Source: a virus. Taken from it: DNA of 64,000 nt. The notes below the pieces were generated by a model. The model was given only the letters and a program-made list of their open reading frames with translations, searched no databases and was not told the DNA's origin. Below are positions 54,612-64,000 of this stretch, piece after piece (the first letter of the stretch is position 1; each line of letters opens with the position of its first letter). A program made the translations under genes and the position numbers. The stretch lies in IMG/VR virus record IMGVR_UViG_3300050821_010655, positions 1 through 64,000 of that record; one strand, given 5' to 3'.

Positions 54612-56222
54612 TTAATTGGGAAGAGCCTTGCCAAGATCGCTTGGCCCGGTCCAGATCACGCCTTCGCGTTGACTGGCAAACCACTCCGTCATTTTCTGAG
54701 CCGAACGCTCACGCGCCCCCTTAAGATCAGGCGTCTTGCCGTCGGAGGACAGGGGTTTAACCCCCCGTTTGCTGACATGCTCAAAATTCACCTCTGGCTT
54801 GAGGTTGCCTACAATCTTTTTGAGCGTCTCGACCGGGATCGTCTCAATATCCTCGGCAGAGAGCGGAATCACCTTGCCAGCCCGAGTCGCCTCGGCTTGC
54901 AAGTTCTTACGCTGCTCAGTTTCCAGATTTTTCTGGTCAGCCGCCGCTTTCTTGGCGTTGTTGTCGCGCTCAGTCTTAAGTGTTTCCAACTCGGCAGAGA
55001 GCGGGGCCAACTTGGCGGTCAGCAACTTTTCAATACTTTCAGCGGAATAGGTAATCGCGCCGTGAACGCTGCCGGGATGCTCTAATTCGGAGGCGGTTTC
55101 GTCGGGTGTGCCTTGCTCGCCGGGTTTGAACCCCGTAGGGCCACCGCGAGAACCATAGCCGGGGATCTGTTTGTTGCCAGGAGTCGCGCTAGGCAGCGGT
55201 TGTTCAACGGTTTTGAAACCTTCCCATTTGGCACGCAACATTTTCATAACGTCATCGGGTTCCGCATCATCTTCCATGTGGAGTTCAGCGCGGAAGAATT
55301 TAAGATGATCTTCGAGCATAGTATTTATCCATTGGTATGGGTCATCGACGTAGGCGTTGACTTTGGCACGCTCGTCCGCTGACTCCGATTTTAACTCAAT
55401 TCCGAAGTGTTTGGCTTTTGCCGCGATCCTTCGTTTAATCGCGGAAATTTCTTCCTCTGAATATCCACCCTGATTTTTGGGCATGTGAATGTAACTCCAG
55501 GCGGCGCGTACATGTCCCTCAGTATTTATAGGATATTTTTTATGTGCCGTATCAGCATATTCACTTTCAACAACCTTAACCTTGCTGCCACGGCTCAAAT
55601 CGGCAGCATAAGCAGTCGATTTCATACCATCCCCACCATCTTTCAACTTTTCCAACGGCATGAAATCACCGTCGGTCTTGCTGTTGACCTTGACCGAGCA
55701 CTTATCCATCAGGTTGGGCATGGAATCCGCGCTGTAGAGCGAAAGACTGTCGGCGTTGTAGAACTGAAGATTGTCAATCTGTCCTGCCGGGGTAAGGGCC
55801 ACGCTATGAATGCCAATCACCCTATCTTCTTCGTCAGTAATCACCGCTGGCGAAAGGTCAATATAATCACGGGCGCTCTTCTCCCCGCTAGGCGTGTAAT
55901 TCATGTATTCGTAATACACACCATCATCAGGCACAACCGTCACCACGCCGTAGCCCGCAATCGCCCGAGGTTCCTTGTCCGCCGTGTACGCCTTGGTGCC
56001 CTGAACCGTGTTATGGTTGAAATCCAGAGGGGCCACCACCCGGCCTATTGCCTTTTGATTGGTGTACAGGCACTCAGCAGACTTGGCGTCAAAGAAAATA
56101 TCCCCATCCAGCGTCTTGCTCTTGCCCCACCCCAGCACCTTGATACGCGACGGCAAATCGGAGCTTTTCAACGCTCCGTTTGAAATCGGTTTGGCGAATT
56201 TTAGGTTGGCACTGCTTGCCAT
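54612..56222 (-). CDS. Mu I-like prohead protease with inserted domain and C-terminal scaffold
   Basis: LDFNHNT, YT..G, Y..LSP, IHSVALT; insert KKYPINT..HVRAAWSYI; probable internal start at 55319. Confidence 0.85.
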   Translation of the reverse strand: MASSANLKFAKPISNGALKSSDLPSRIKVLGWGKSKTLDGDIFFDAKSAECLYTNQKAIGRVVAPLDFNHNTVQGTKAYTADKEPRAIAGYGVVTVVPDDGVYYEYMNYTPSGEKSARDYIDLSPAVITDEEDRVIGIHSVALTPAGQIDNLQFYNADSLSLYSADSMPNLMDKCSVKVNSKTDGDFMPLEKLKDGGDGMKSTAYAADLSRGSKVKVVESEYADTAHKKYPINTEGHVRAAWSYIHMPKNQGGYSEEEISAIKRRIAAKAKHFGIELKSESADERAKVNAYVDDPYQWINTMLEDHLKFFRAELHMEDDAEPDDVMKMLRAKWEGFKTVEQPLPSATPGNKQIPGYGSRGGPTGFKPGEQGTPDETASELEHPGSVHGAITYSAESIEKLLTAKLAPLSAELETLKTERDNNAKKAAADQKNLETEQRKNLQAEATRAGKVIPLSAEDIETIPVETLKKIVGNLKPEVNFEHVSKRGVKPLSSDGKTPDLKGARERSAQKMTEWFASQREGVIWTGPSDLGKALPN

Positions 56223-56245
56223 GTGGTCAATCTATCTGACCACAT
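56221..56245. promoter_or_regulatory. perfect inverted repeat ATGTGGTCA-N7-TGACCACAT over the protease start
   Basis: Arms at 56221-56229 and 56237-56245. Confidence 0.6.
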
Positions 56246-56319
56246 AAGTTTATTTTCAATACCTAAAGACAGCATTACATGTCGCTATTTCTCTATTTTC
56301 TCTAAATTATTACATAAGA

Positions 56320-56345
56320 GAGCCGGGAGGTTGAATTCCCGGCTC
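56320..56345 (-). terminator. hairpin, probable terminator
   Basis: GAGCCGGGA/TCCCGGCTC 9-bp stem followed by a T/A-rich tract. Confidence 0.55.
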
Positions 56346-56381
56346 GTGGGAGGAATGACCGGCAGAATCTATTATTTGGCG

Positions 56382-56915
56382 CTAGCTGTGCATTTTCTTG
56401 GGAATACCCGATCCCAAATCAGCAATCGGCTGACTGATCGACTCGCCTTCGCTCACGCCCGCCACAGTCGAACGGTAATCCTTGCAAAACTCCGGGGCGC
56501 GAATGTTGAAATTGGTGATGATGTCCCGACGCTGCGTACCATCCCCGGCGTCCACAAAGTTCCACTGCTCGACCACAAAGAAGCTCTTATATTCCGATGG
56601 GTTGGAGGTCTGGTACTCGGGAAACCAGTGAACGATGCGATAGTAATCGCCGTCCTTAACCGGATTCTTGGTCTTGGGGTCCAGCCTCACATAGTCTTTT
56701 TCAGCCATGCGGTTGTACTTCTCGGCCTCTGCTGGAGTCGTCCAATTCTCACGATCCTGCGCCGGTTGCTTAGTGACAAACTCAACTGTGGTGGTGCGGG
56801 TGGTCAAGGCGTCAACCACACGATTAAACCCTGCCTCAATTTGATGCGCCCATTTGGGGTCCACTTGATTTTCGGGGCTGGCGGGGTCCTGGGGGTTCTT
56901 TGTTGTCGTTGCCAT
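56382..56915 (-). CDS. hypothetical protein
   Basis: Clean ORF with an A-rich leader. Confidence 0.6.
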   Translation of the reverse strand: MATTTKNPQDPASPENQVDPKWAHQIEAGFNRVVDALTTRTTTVEFVTKQPAQDRENWTTPAEAEKYNRMAEKDYVRLDPKTKNPVKDGDYYRIVHWFPEYQTSNPSEYKSFFVVEQWNFVDAGDGTQRRDIITNFNIRAPEFCKDYRSTVAGVSEGESISQPIADLGSGIPKKMHS

Positions 56916-56944
56916 AGATTTATCTGTGCTCTGTTATTGGTTGA

Positions 56945-57160
56945 TTAACTGTGTTTGTGCCCATTGAAAGTGTGGGCAACCACTTCACTTTTTAAAACCC
57001 TCCACCATGAACGCTCGCCGTAGCCCGGTTTATGAGCGGTCTTAAAAACCCCCTGACGACACATCTGATCTACCCGGCGTCTGGAAAGCCCCAACATTTC
57101 GGCAGCAGAATGCGTGCGAATGTAATAGTTGTTTGGAATGCTTGGAGGTTGGACGCTCAC
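56945..57160 (-). CDS. excisionase/MerR-like HTH DNA-binding protein
   Basis: AAEMLGLSRRRV.QMC..G...A.K...WRV...EV. Confidence 0.75.
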   Translation of the reverse strand: MSVQPPSIPNNYYIRTHSAAEMLGLSRRRVDQMCRQGVFKTAHKPGYGERSWWRVLKSEVVAHTFNGHKHS

Positions 57161-57429
57161 GATCTTAAAAGTCCATCAATTAAGTTCCTAAACAAATCTT
57201 GAAATACCATCACACCGTCCACATTGGTTCTCGCCACATATTTCGGCACAGAGAAATCAGCATTAGGTGAAACATAGTTCACGCCATTCACATTCTTGAT
57301 ATACCAAGATGTAGGAACACTATAAAACCCACTCTGGCCCCAAAACGAATACGGCTGCGGCACGCCACCAGTCAAATCCTGAAACGCGCCAGTGCCGGCT
57401 GGGAAGTTAGGGTTGCCATCAATAATCAT
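57157..57429 (-). CDS. hypothetical protein
   Basis: GTGA overlap. Confidence 0.5.
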   Translation of the reverse strand: MIIDGNPNFPAGTGAFQDLTGGVPQPYSFWGQSGFYSVPTSWYIKNVNGVNYVSPNADFSVPKYVARTNVDGVMVFQDLFRNLIDGLLRS

Positions 57430-57469
57430 ATCACTAAGGCAAATTTACCTCGTGTTAATTTAATCCGTC

Positions 57470-58426
57470 TCATTGTGCGGTCCCTTCCTTGGCCTTGGCT
57501 GGAAACCCATAATCCGCATCATGGAACGTCGCGAATCCACTCGACTTCGGATGGCCCCCACCCCCAAACTCCGTCGCAATCTTAGAACAATCAAAGTTAT
57601 CGCGGCTCCTTAAGCTCCACTGCCTGCGCCCGTCGTTCAGATCGCGGTAACTGGCAACAAAAGGTGAGTCTGGATTAGCGTTTAAAAGTGAATGACAAAT
57701 CTCAGAAGTCAGGTCGGTGGCATTAACCACTGGAACGCGATAAACACCCTCGCCTTGAGTAACAGCATCAGGATCAAATGTAATTCGGCAAGTGCCGTTC
57801 ACAATGAACGACGCCATCCTGGAGTTTTCCAGCGCGTCTTTCACCTGCTGGTCGGCAAACCGACGGCAGATTGTTCCTTCCCCCATCAAATCTTCTAAAC
57901 ATTGTGCTTCGGCCTCCAAGTCCCGAGGAATCGACACACAACTAATTCTTTCCCACGTCTCAAAATCCATCTGATAACTTTCAATCGCTAAATGAATCTC
58001 CCGACTCATCGGCAAACCCCATGTCCACAAGTCAGCATCGCATATGTACCCAAAAAAGGCAGGCACATCTTGATCAGGGTGAAAATATTCCCAAGACAAG
58101 ACTGCCGCGCTCTTGCTGGTATCAAAGTGACAGTAAGACAAATCTCCCAATTCCAACTGCGCCGATTTATGGTGGTCGATCAAGCACAACCTTGGGTAGT
58201 CCGACGCATCGCCCAGCCGATTCAACAAATCCGCAAATAGAGACTGCATGACCTCTCGTGGGTAGGAAAAGTCTAAAATAAACACATGCTCTGCCTCGGG
58301 CATGGGCGGCAAAGGTGCTCCACGATTAACTGAAATATATTCAGCATTGCTGCCAAGTTTCAGGAAAGCCGCAAAGGCAGATCCAAAACCATCCGAATCA
58401 TTGTCATAGAGGACGTAGCTTTTCAA
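57470..58426 (-). CDS. DHH/DHHA1 phosphoesterase
   Basis: DSDG, LDFS, IDHH, D.DLW, SLRS, GGGGH..SSGF. Confidence 0.9.
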   Translation of the reverse strand: MKSYVLYDNDSDGFGSAFAAFLKLGSNAEYISVNRGAPLPPMPEAEHVFILDFSYPREVMQSLFADLLNRLGDASDYPRLCLIDHHKSAQLELGDLSYCHFDTSKSAAVLSWEYFHPDQDVPAFFGYICDADLWTWGLPMSREIHLAIESYQMDFETWERISCVSIPRDLEAEAQCLEDLMGEGTICRRFADQQVKDALENSRMASFIVNGTCRITFDPDAVTQGEGVYRVPVVNATDLTSEICHSLLNANPDSPFVASYRDLNDGRRQWSLRSRDNFDCSKIATEFGGGGHPKSSGFATFHDADYGFPAKAKEGTAQ

Positions 58427-60054
58427 TTAGTCACAAGTTCTCCAACTTCTTCCGCTTCGTCAACACTGTTTGCCTTAACCTTCTTGGGCTTGGTTTTGGG
58501 CTTTTTCGCCCCACCACTTGGCGGTGCCGCTGCTTCTACGGGTTCGGGTGCCCGCTCAAATTCAATACCCGTCCGCTCATTGATCGTCTCAATCCCTCTG
58601 TCGGTCGGCTGCAATCCCGCATCCTTGAAGTTACTAACGCTCTGAGCGATCTGGAACACCTGCTTCTCATCCTTGCCACCCCAGATAATGCCCTTCACAC
58701 GACCCTTATAACCGTTGTATTCCAAATACTGGTTAAACAACTGCTTAACCAGCGTGTCGGAGAGCTTGCGCATATCGCTCTGCCGGTAGTCGTCCCGCAC
58801 CTTGCCGTGCAGGTCGGCCACACCGCTGCCCAAGCCGGTGGACTTGGCGCTGGATGAAAGAGTCTGACCCACCACCACCTTGGAAACTTCATCGTGACAA
58901 AAGTCCTCAAACACCTTATAGCCCTCCGAACCATTAAGGCTCGCCGCCTGCATGAGTTGGGCTTCGGCACCTTTATCAATTACCAAACCTCCAATTTCCA
59001 TCGAGAGAGCCAGAGCGTTGACTATAAAATTAACCGTGTCCTTCTGCTGGGTGTCCACCTTAGCCACCACGTAGGGATGCCCCCACTTCTGCATGTACCT
59101 TCCCCACCAGTCCCGCGCCTGGGTCGCCAGGAACCACCAGAACAGGATGGCCCGCATATGACCGCCGTAATTGTCGGGCACCACTTTGGAGAGGTTGGTT
59201 CCGCGATGGACCATGTGAATGCGCCGATCAGGTTTGTAGGTATCGGTGGGGGAAAAATTAGGGTAACCGTTGTCATTGACCGTGTAAAACCTCAGCCACG
59301 CCTCCCAATCGTCAGGGTTGAAATTGATTGAACTGTCGTTGGGAGGTTGGGCGTTGAAACCCGGCGCGGTCATGCCGCTAAAGCCCGCCGCAAGGTAAGG
59401 AATCTTGTAGCAATAGAGCACCGGATCGACCGGGCTAAGTTCGCGCAATCTGAAATTAACCGGGTGAGTGTATTTGGTTTTATCCTCCGGCTCAACCGGT
59501 GAAAATATCTTTTCGCCCACCGAAACCGGCCAGAGCGTGGCGTCCAGCATGTCCCCCATCGCCTGATTCCAGTTGTCGCAGTTATCGATCATTTCGTCTA
59601 TAACCTCGCAAGCTATCTCGTCATCTTTTTTGCCTTTTTTCTTGGGCAGTAGTGTATGGGGTTGGCCAACAACCGTCAGCTTTCGCTTGGCGAACTCGCT
59701 TTGGAAGTGGGTAAACCCCATCTCCATGTCACGATAGATCGTGAACAACATCCAACAGTCGCCTCGTTCGGCTGTCCTCAGTGCCGCCTGAATGCGTGAC
59801 ACATCCAGAGTCGTACTGAGGTTCATCGGCATACCCCAGCCTGAGAGGCGGGCTATTTTGGAGAGAGAGACACCAGGGGAACTATCCTTTTTAACTACCT
59901 CAAGCTTTCCACTATTGACCGATGGAACGCTTGGTTGAGGAACACCAAAACTGGGGCGACTTTGAAAACCACCGATAGCAGGCAATCCTGTAACGGCCTG
60001 ATTTCGCCAGTCGTTTAGAATTTGAACCTCAGGCTTACTTGTTTTCGTTGGCAT
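58423..60054 (-). CDS. portal protein (Mu gp29 / DUF935-like)
   Basis: A..GD, KRK..V, W..Y.QKWG.P, EVSKVVVGQTLSS, GLGSG.A.LH..VR. Confidence 0.9.
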   Translation of the reverse strand: MPTKTSKPEVQILNDWRNQAVTGLPAIGGFQSRPSFGVPQPSVPSVNSGKLEVVKKDSSPGVSLSKIARLSGWGMPMNLSTTLDVSRIQAALRTAERGDCWMLFTIYRDMEMGFTHFQSEFAKRKLTVVGQPHTLLPKKKGKKDDEIACEVIDEMIDNCDNWNQAMGDMLDATLWPVSVGEKIFSPVEPEDKTKYTHPVNFRLRELSPVDPVLYCYKIPYLAAGFSGMTAPGFNAQPPNDSSINFNPDDWEAWLRFYTVNDNGYPNFSPTDTYKPDRRIHMVHRGTNLSKVVPDNYGGHMRAILFWWFLATQARDWWGRYMQKWGHPYVVAKVDTQQKDTVNFIVNALALSMEIGGLVIDKGAEAQLMQAASLNGSEGYKVFEDFCHDEVSKVVVGQTLSSSAKSTGLGSGVADLHGKVRDDYRQSDMRKLSDTLVKQLFNQYLEYNGYKGRVKGIIWGGKDEKQVFQIAQSVSNFKDAGLQPTDRGIETINERTGIEFERAPEPVEAAAPPSGGAKKPKTKPKKVKANSVDEAEEVGELVTN

Positions 60055-60256
60055 TGATTAAAGCTTCCAAAAATCCTTCAAGCCAGCAATTCCGGTAGTT
60101 TCGGATGCTATCTTCGTTTGGTGCTGGTTGGCGGGCATCTTCCAGTGATTTCAACCACGCTGATTTGTGCGCTTCCCAATTGTCCAGTGCTCTAAGAAAG
60201 TGTACAAAGTCATATCCGGTTCGCATTTCACTACCATTAGAAACCCCACAACTCAC
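60035..60256 (-). CDS. hypothetical protein
   Basis: Overlaps the portal start; exact start uncertain. Confidence 0.4.
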   Translation of the reverse strand: MSCGVSNGSEMRTGYDFVHFLRALDNWEAHKSAWLKSLEDARQPAPNEDSIRNYRNCWLEGFLEALINANENK

Positions 60257-60324
60257 AAATAGTCAAGACAGAAAATTAAAACCCACACTTGTCAAGACAT
60301 AGAATGGAGTGCAATACTCCCACC

Positions 60325-60690
60325 ATGTTCTTACTTTTAAATCAAAATCAATGCCCTCAATGCGGCAAAATCGGATCGATTCGCTGGGATCAACACAGGT
60401 GCGCCGAATGCAACGCCAAGCTATTCCACCCATCCGATGATTTCGTCAGGTTAAAGCAGGATTGGGTGTTGTCTTTTTGGGTTTATTTCCATCCTAACTC
60501 CTCTGGATTTTTCAGGGGATGGGCACACTCAGGACAATTAAACGATCCAAAACCACACGAAGAATTCCCCAAGAACGAAAAACCTCCCGAGAGCTACGGC
60601 AGGACCGGCATGCGAACCAAGCTGGACCACTCGGCCAGGCACACACCATCGGAGTTGGGCGCAGAGAAGTTCAAGACAGTTCAACCTTAG
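60325..60690 (+). CDS. zinc-ribbon protein, antisense to the late operon, with its own candidate promoter
   Basis: CPQC...CAEC; TTGTCA-N18-AATACT at 60289-60318 just upstream of ATG 60325. Confidence 0.6.
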   Translation: MFLLLNQNQCPQCGKIGSIRWDQHRCAECNAKLFHPSDDFVRLKQDWVLSFWVYFHPNSSGFFRGWAHSGQLNDPKPHEEFPKNEKPPESYGRTGMRTKLDHSARHTPSELGAEKFKTVQP

Positions 60691-61231
60691 TTTTAAAAAT
60701 CTTGTAACTCGCCAGCCGGTCACCCTCAAAAATCTCGACCGAAAATCCATAATGGGCACAAAAGTGATCGACCGCCTGCACCACTCCGGGATACTGCTGG
60801 TCGTAATCGTGCCCGCAAATAAACCCACCATCTTTGACCGCCACTAAAGCCGCCGCCAATTCTCCAATCGTCTGTTCAAATTGATGAGTTGTGTCGATGT
60901 AAACCCAACTCAAACTCCCTGCCTCTCTCATGGTCAACCACGCGACACTCTCTGCCTGCACCACCTCCACTACATACTCAAAAGCAAACCGCCTCTCCAC
61001 CTCCTCCTTCATCGCTACCATGTCATACCTGCTCATGTGCTCGCCATTTTCATCACCTGACATCACGCTCCCTCTAAATAAATCCACCAGATAAAGTTTT
61101 TCAGGATTGCACCGCTTTAGAATCTCAGCCGAGAAATCACCCGCCAAGACACCCGCCTCACAACACGTTCCACCCTTTGGAAGTGAATCAAGCAACTGTA
61201 GTCGGTTCTGTTGGGTTTTTGTGATGGTCAT
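60671..61231 (-). CDS. class I SAM methyltransferase (Methyltransf_24-like)
   Basis: EAGV..GDFS, LVDLF, VYIDTTH, GG.ICGHDY, GV..AV. Confidence 0.85.
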   Translation of the reverse strand: MTITKTQQNRLQLLDSLPKGGTCCEAGVLAGDFSAEILKRCNPEKLYLVDLFRGSVMSGDENGEHMSRYDMVAMKEEVERRFAFEYVVEVVQAESVAWLTMREAGSLSWVYIDTTHQFEQTIGELAAALVAVKDGGFICGHDYDQQYPGVVQAVDHFCAHYGFSVEIFEGDRLASYKIFKTKVELS

Positions 61232-61853
61232 ATAATCCAAATCGTTCCTGCACCTCGCGCACACCAATGGCATTGCCTATCGAGCACGCATGGTAATTCA
61301 CGATATTTAAATCTTTTGCCTGTTGGGGCGTCATCGTACCGCCGTGAGCAAGATAGTTAAATCGCCTTGGCAATCGGCAGACCTCCACGCCGGTTTCCAA
61401 CAGCGCAAGATTCAACGCCCCCTGCTCCAGCCACCGCCCGCACTTTGGATGGCACTTCCACACGGCGTCCCACACTGGTTTGTGTTCGCGACCAAATATA
61501 GTCAGTCCGCCATTCACGTAAAAGTCAGGAAATGGGATTTCAAGATTGACGCATTCATGAAGAACATTATTTGAGCGATCATCGGGAACCGCCATGAATG
61601 GGCGATGCAGTTCTTCAAACAACGCCTCGGGTTGCCACGGTTGGAGGCAGATAATGTCGCTGTCGAAAACCAGAAATGAGTCAATCTCGGGGAAGTGATC
61701 GATCAACTTTGCTTTGATCCATGAGGGGTGGGGCACTTCGCAAAACACTTCATCTATAATGATGCAATCCAACCCCGTCATTTCCCCCATACGGTCGGCG
61801 GCGGCTTTGCCTATCCACTTATACTCACCCGTTGAAATACAGATACCAGTCAT
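61188..61853 (-). CDS. GT8-like glycosyltransferase
   Basis: W.K, FDSDI, NGG, EQGALN, LPRRFN, YH. Confidence 0.75.
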   Translation of the reverse strand: MTGICISTGEYKWIGKAAADRMGEMTGLDCIIIDEVFCEVPHPSWIKAKLIDHFPEIDSFLVFDSDIICLQPWQPEALFEELHRPFMAVPDDRSNNVLHECVNLEIPFPDFYVNGGLTIFGREHKPVWDAVWKCHPKCGRWLEQGALNLALLETGVEVCRLPRRFNYLAHGGTMTPQQAKDLNIVNYHACSIGNAIGVREVQERFGLYDHHKNPTEPTTVA

Positions 61854-62128
61854 GGTAGGTAGTCGAGCTTGTCCGCCTCGGATGTGATGGTCGCAGTAAC
61901 GAAATAACTCAACCCCGATAACGCCATTTCATCTGGTCCATGATCGGGTGGATCATCCCGAACGGCATACTTTGTGGCCTCTCGACGAATCACATCTGAC
62001 GCGATGCCCTGCGCTGTCATCAAACCATCTTTTCGGGCGTCGTTTTGAAGGTCAATAACGTCCTTGATTGTTATTTTATCATCAAAGGTAAATCCCTTTT
62101 CTTTAAACCATTCGATTGCGTTTTTCAT
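61850..62128 (-). CDS. hypothetical protein
   Basis: GAAGG RBS before ATG 62128. Confidence 0.5.
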   Translation of the reverse strand: MKNAIEWFKEKGFTFDDKITIKDVIDLQNDARKDGLMTAQGIASDVIRREATKYAVRDDPPDHGPDEMALSGLSYFVTATITSEADKLDYLP

Positions 62129-62132
62129 ACCT

Positions 62133-62402
62133 TCAAACAATTTTAAACCAGACATCGATTTGACCGCACTTGGGGCAGGGCTGGCCTTCAAACTTAACTT
62201 TATCAAACAATACGCCAGCACCCATTTTCTTGATATGCTCCGGTCGGGCGAGCATTTTCCAACGGTAGTTGCAGTTCAAACAAGCCGCCTGTCCAAGAAT
62301 CCAACCCTCATCCTTCATATACTTCAAGACCGACTCTTGGGTATGGCACCCTCCAAACCTTTCTGGCCTTTTGGTCGGGCGATTCACATTCATGCTTACC
62401 AA
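62133..62402 (-). CDS. zinc-ribbon protein
   Basis: CLNC...CPKCG. Confidence 0.5.
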   Translation of the reverse strand: MVSMNVNRPTKRPERFGGCHTQESVLKYMKDEGWILGQAACLNCNYRWKMLARPEHIKKMGAGVLFDKVKFEGQPCPKCGQIDVWFKIV

Positions 62403-62427
62403 ATGTCTCTCAGTTGTGTTTGTGGCG

Positions 62428-63000
62428 TCAACGTAAAACCAAGAGCGTATCGTCGTGGTTGAACTTTTTCAGATCATACCATTTAGAGACATGCTCCATA
62501 CTTTCCTTCATCGACTGCGCCAGAGTGTCTTTATAATGGGCGTGCCACTCGACCGAGATTTGGTGGGCGACAGGTCCAGGCCAGTTCTTAAGCACCGAAT
62601 ATTCAGCCCCCTCTATGTCCAGTTTCACCGCGTCAAATATCTGGACGACATGATTCTCCATCAGCCATTCAATCGTGGTACACCACACCTGCCTTGAGTT
62701 TTCGCTGTCGGGGTCGTGTTCAGCTATGTGGTTGGTAGAGGGGTTGGGTTCGGTGACAAACCGCTGCAACCCACGGGTGCCATAGAGAGCCATGCGGTAG
62801 AACTTTATTTTGGGGTTGGGCGGGTCGCAGATGTCCCGCGACGGGTCAAGCGCAATGACGTTGCAACCGACCGCCGCTATGCGATTGGAAAAGCAGAACC
62901 CCCGGCACCCGGCGTCCAGCACCCAGCCGCCTTCGGTAATCAGGTTGATTTCGATGGAGTGGAAGTGTCCATCGTCGTTGCTGGGAAGTTTCAAAATCAT
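62428..63000 (-). CDS. FkbM-family methyltransferase
   Basis: VLDAGCRGF, KLDIEGAEY, QISVEWH; ATGA-coupled to the terminase. Confidence 0.85.
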   Translation of the reverse strand: MILKLPSNDDGHFHSIEINLITEGGWVLDAGCRGFCFSNRIAAVGCNVIALDPSRDICDPPNPKIKFYRMALYGTRGLQRFVTEPNPSTNHIAEHDPDSENSRQVWCTTIEWLMENHVVQIFDAVKLDIEGAEYSVLKNWPGPVAHQISVEWHAHYKDTLAQSMKESMEHVSKWYDLKKFNHDDTLLVLR

Positions 63001-64000
63001 CCCGATCCTATTGCCTTGTATCTGCCTGTGGACGGTCCAAAGCCCAATGACTGGTAGCCCCGCACGCCGACCGGCAGGGCGAACCGCCAGTCGCCAAAGG
63101 ATTCCTGAAGGCACTCAATACATCCAGAACCACAATCGATCTGGTCATTCTTCTCATCACCACCTTTTGCAATTTCTGCCTCATCTAAAAAAGTTGAGTT
63201 CCATCGCCCCTGAACCAGCAATACATTCCCATGTTCTGCCGCCGCCGAAAATGGCTTCCACCGTAAAAGTTTTTTCCGGCGCGAAGGCAATTCCTTGAAA
63301 TCTCTCCCCGGCAAAATATTGCGGGCGTAGTGATCAATCACTATCTTACCCGAGGCACCCGGTTCCTGCTCCATTCTGATGGCTGTCCCTTGGGGATCAA
63401 TCTTTGCTGTTTGGGCGATTCGCTCTTCCACCACCTTGGGAGTCCCACGCAACCTCTGCACATCCAAAATAATCCACTGACCATTTTTGAAAGACATGAG
63501 CATGCCGCACGTCCAGTCAGGGTTTCCGCCATCTGAATCATCGGTCGCCGCCAAATCCCAATACCTCACAAACTGAGTCAGGTCGGCAGGCGCTTCTGGA
63601 ATGATTTTAAACCACTCACGCCGGAATAGTGTTCCTACCGCTTCTGAGATTTTCCAATTTCCACCCAGATACCGCTCGCGATCCACGTACGGCAAAGCCA
63701 TTAGGTTGGAAAGATAACCTGGGTCTTGCTGCATCAGGATTTTATTGTCATACACCTTGGCGGGGATAAACGTCACCGACTTGGGGACCACGCCGGGATG
63801 TTTGTTCATTAAGGTGTAGGGGTCGTCCGCCCACTCCATGCGATCTTTCACCCGACAGAACCACCTTAACTTTCCAGCCCGATCCTTAATCGGGTATCCT
63901 GTATCCTGATCAATCCACCATTCAATGAACCTCGCCACCCATGATTTTGAGTCAGGATTGGTCGTGCATCTGATATAGGGGCGAACTCCGCAGGTCGAAC
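62997..64000 (-). CDS. terL: terminase large subunit (5' part outside the window)
   Basis: R.TTNPD, FIPA...DN, RYWDLAA, EQEPGASGK, DQID nuclease motifs; frame open to the window edge. Confidence 0.92.
   Translation of the reverse strand, partial: STCGVRPYIRCTTNPDSKSWVARFIEWWIDQDTGYPIKDRAGKLRWFCRVKDRMEWADDPYTLMNKHPGVVPKSVTFIPAKVYDNKILMQQDPGYLSNLMALPYVDRERYLGGNWKISEAVGTLFRREWFKIIPEAPADLTQFVRYWDLAATDDSDGGNPDWTCGMLMSFKNGQWIILDVQRLRGTPKVVEERIAQTAKIDPQGTAIRMEQEPGASGKIVIDHYARNILPGRDFKELPSRRKKLLRWKPFSAAAEHGNVLLVQGRWNSTFLDEAEIAKGGDEKNDQIDCGSGCIECLQESFGDWRFALPVGVRGYQSLGFGPSTGRYKAIGSG

Noticed and set aside
53743-56948. Long + strand ORFs (53743-54567, 55485-56183, 56223-56948) and similar shadows elsewhere
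   Set aside because: They are antisense to clearly recognisable genes and have no motifs or RBS of their own.
50261-60054. Transposable Mu-like prophage or contractile tail
   Set aside because: No transposase, MuB, sheath or baseplate wedge genes are recognisable in the window.

Overview
The whole window reads as one tailed-phage genome segment. I see no host housekeeping genes, integrase, transposase or recognisable endolysin. A short + strand arm (1-6.5 kb) carries accessory and early genes: SLOG, a nucleotidyltransferase-like protein, GIY-YIG and a beta-clamp-like protein. A long - strand arm runs, in transcription order: terminase (cut by the window edge), methyl/glycosyltransferases, a Mu-like head module (portal, protease/scaffold, capsid, gp36, G-like), a non-contractile tail module (tube, G/GT chaperone with a -1 slippery site, short tape measure), very large adhesin/fibre-like genes, a membrane/lipoprotein cluster, then replication/recombination genes (SMC-like, primase-helicase, SSB, HerA-like, YqaJ, two DNA methyltransferases, RuvC-like). 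TN-rich exported proteins and a 'QSAxNLxGP...YFRL' C-terminus suggest a Verrucomicrobiota (Pedosphaera-like) host; this is inference. The most unusual items are: (1) an unknown protein followed by a ~300-nt structured RNA with a circularly permuted tRNA-like module and repeated short motifs; (2) tail-fibre-position proteins with Sec signal peptides; (3) a DNA methyltransferase with five tandem catalytic-motif cassettes whose HPAK motif is split by a 7-nt stop-containing insert; (4) a candidate promoter-seed-terminator sRNA complementary to a leader motif shared by several phage genes; (5) a LuxR-HTH fused to a lipoprotein signal. All family assignments come from motif recognition by eye; no database search was run.
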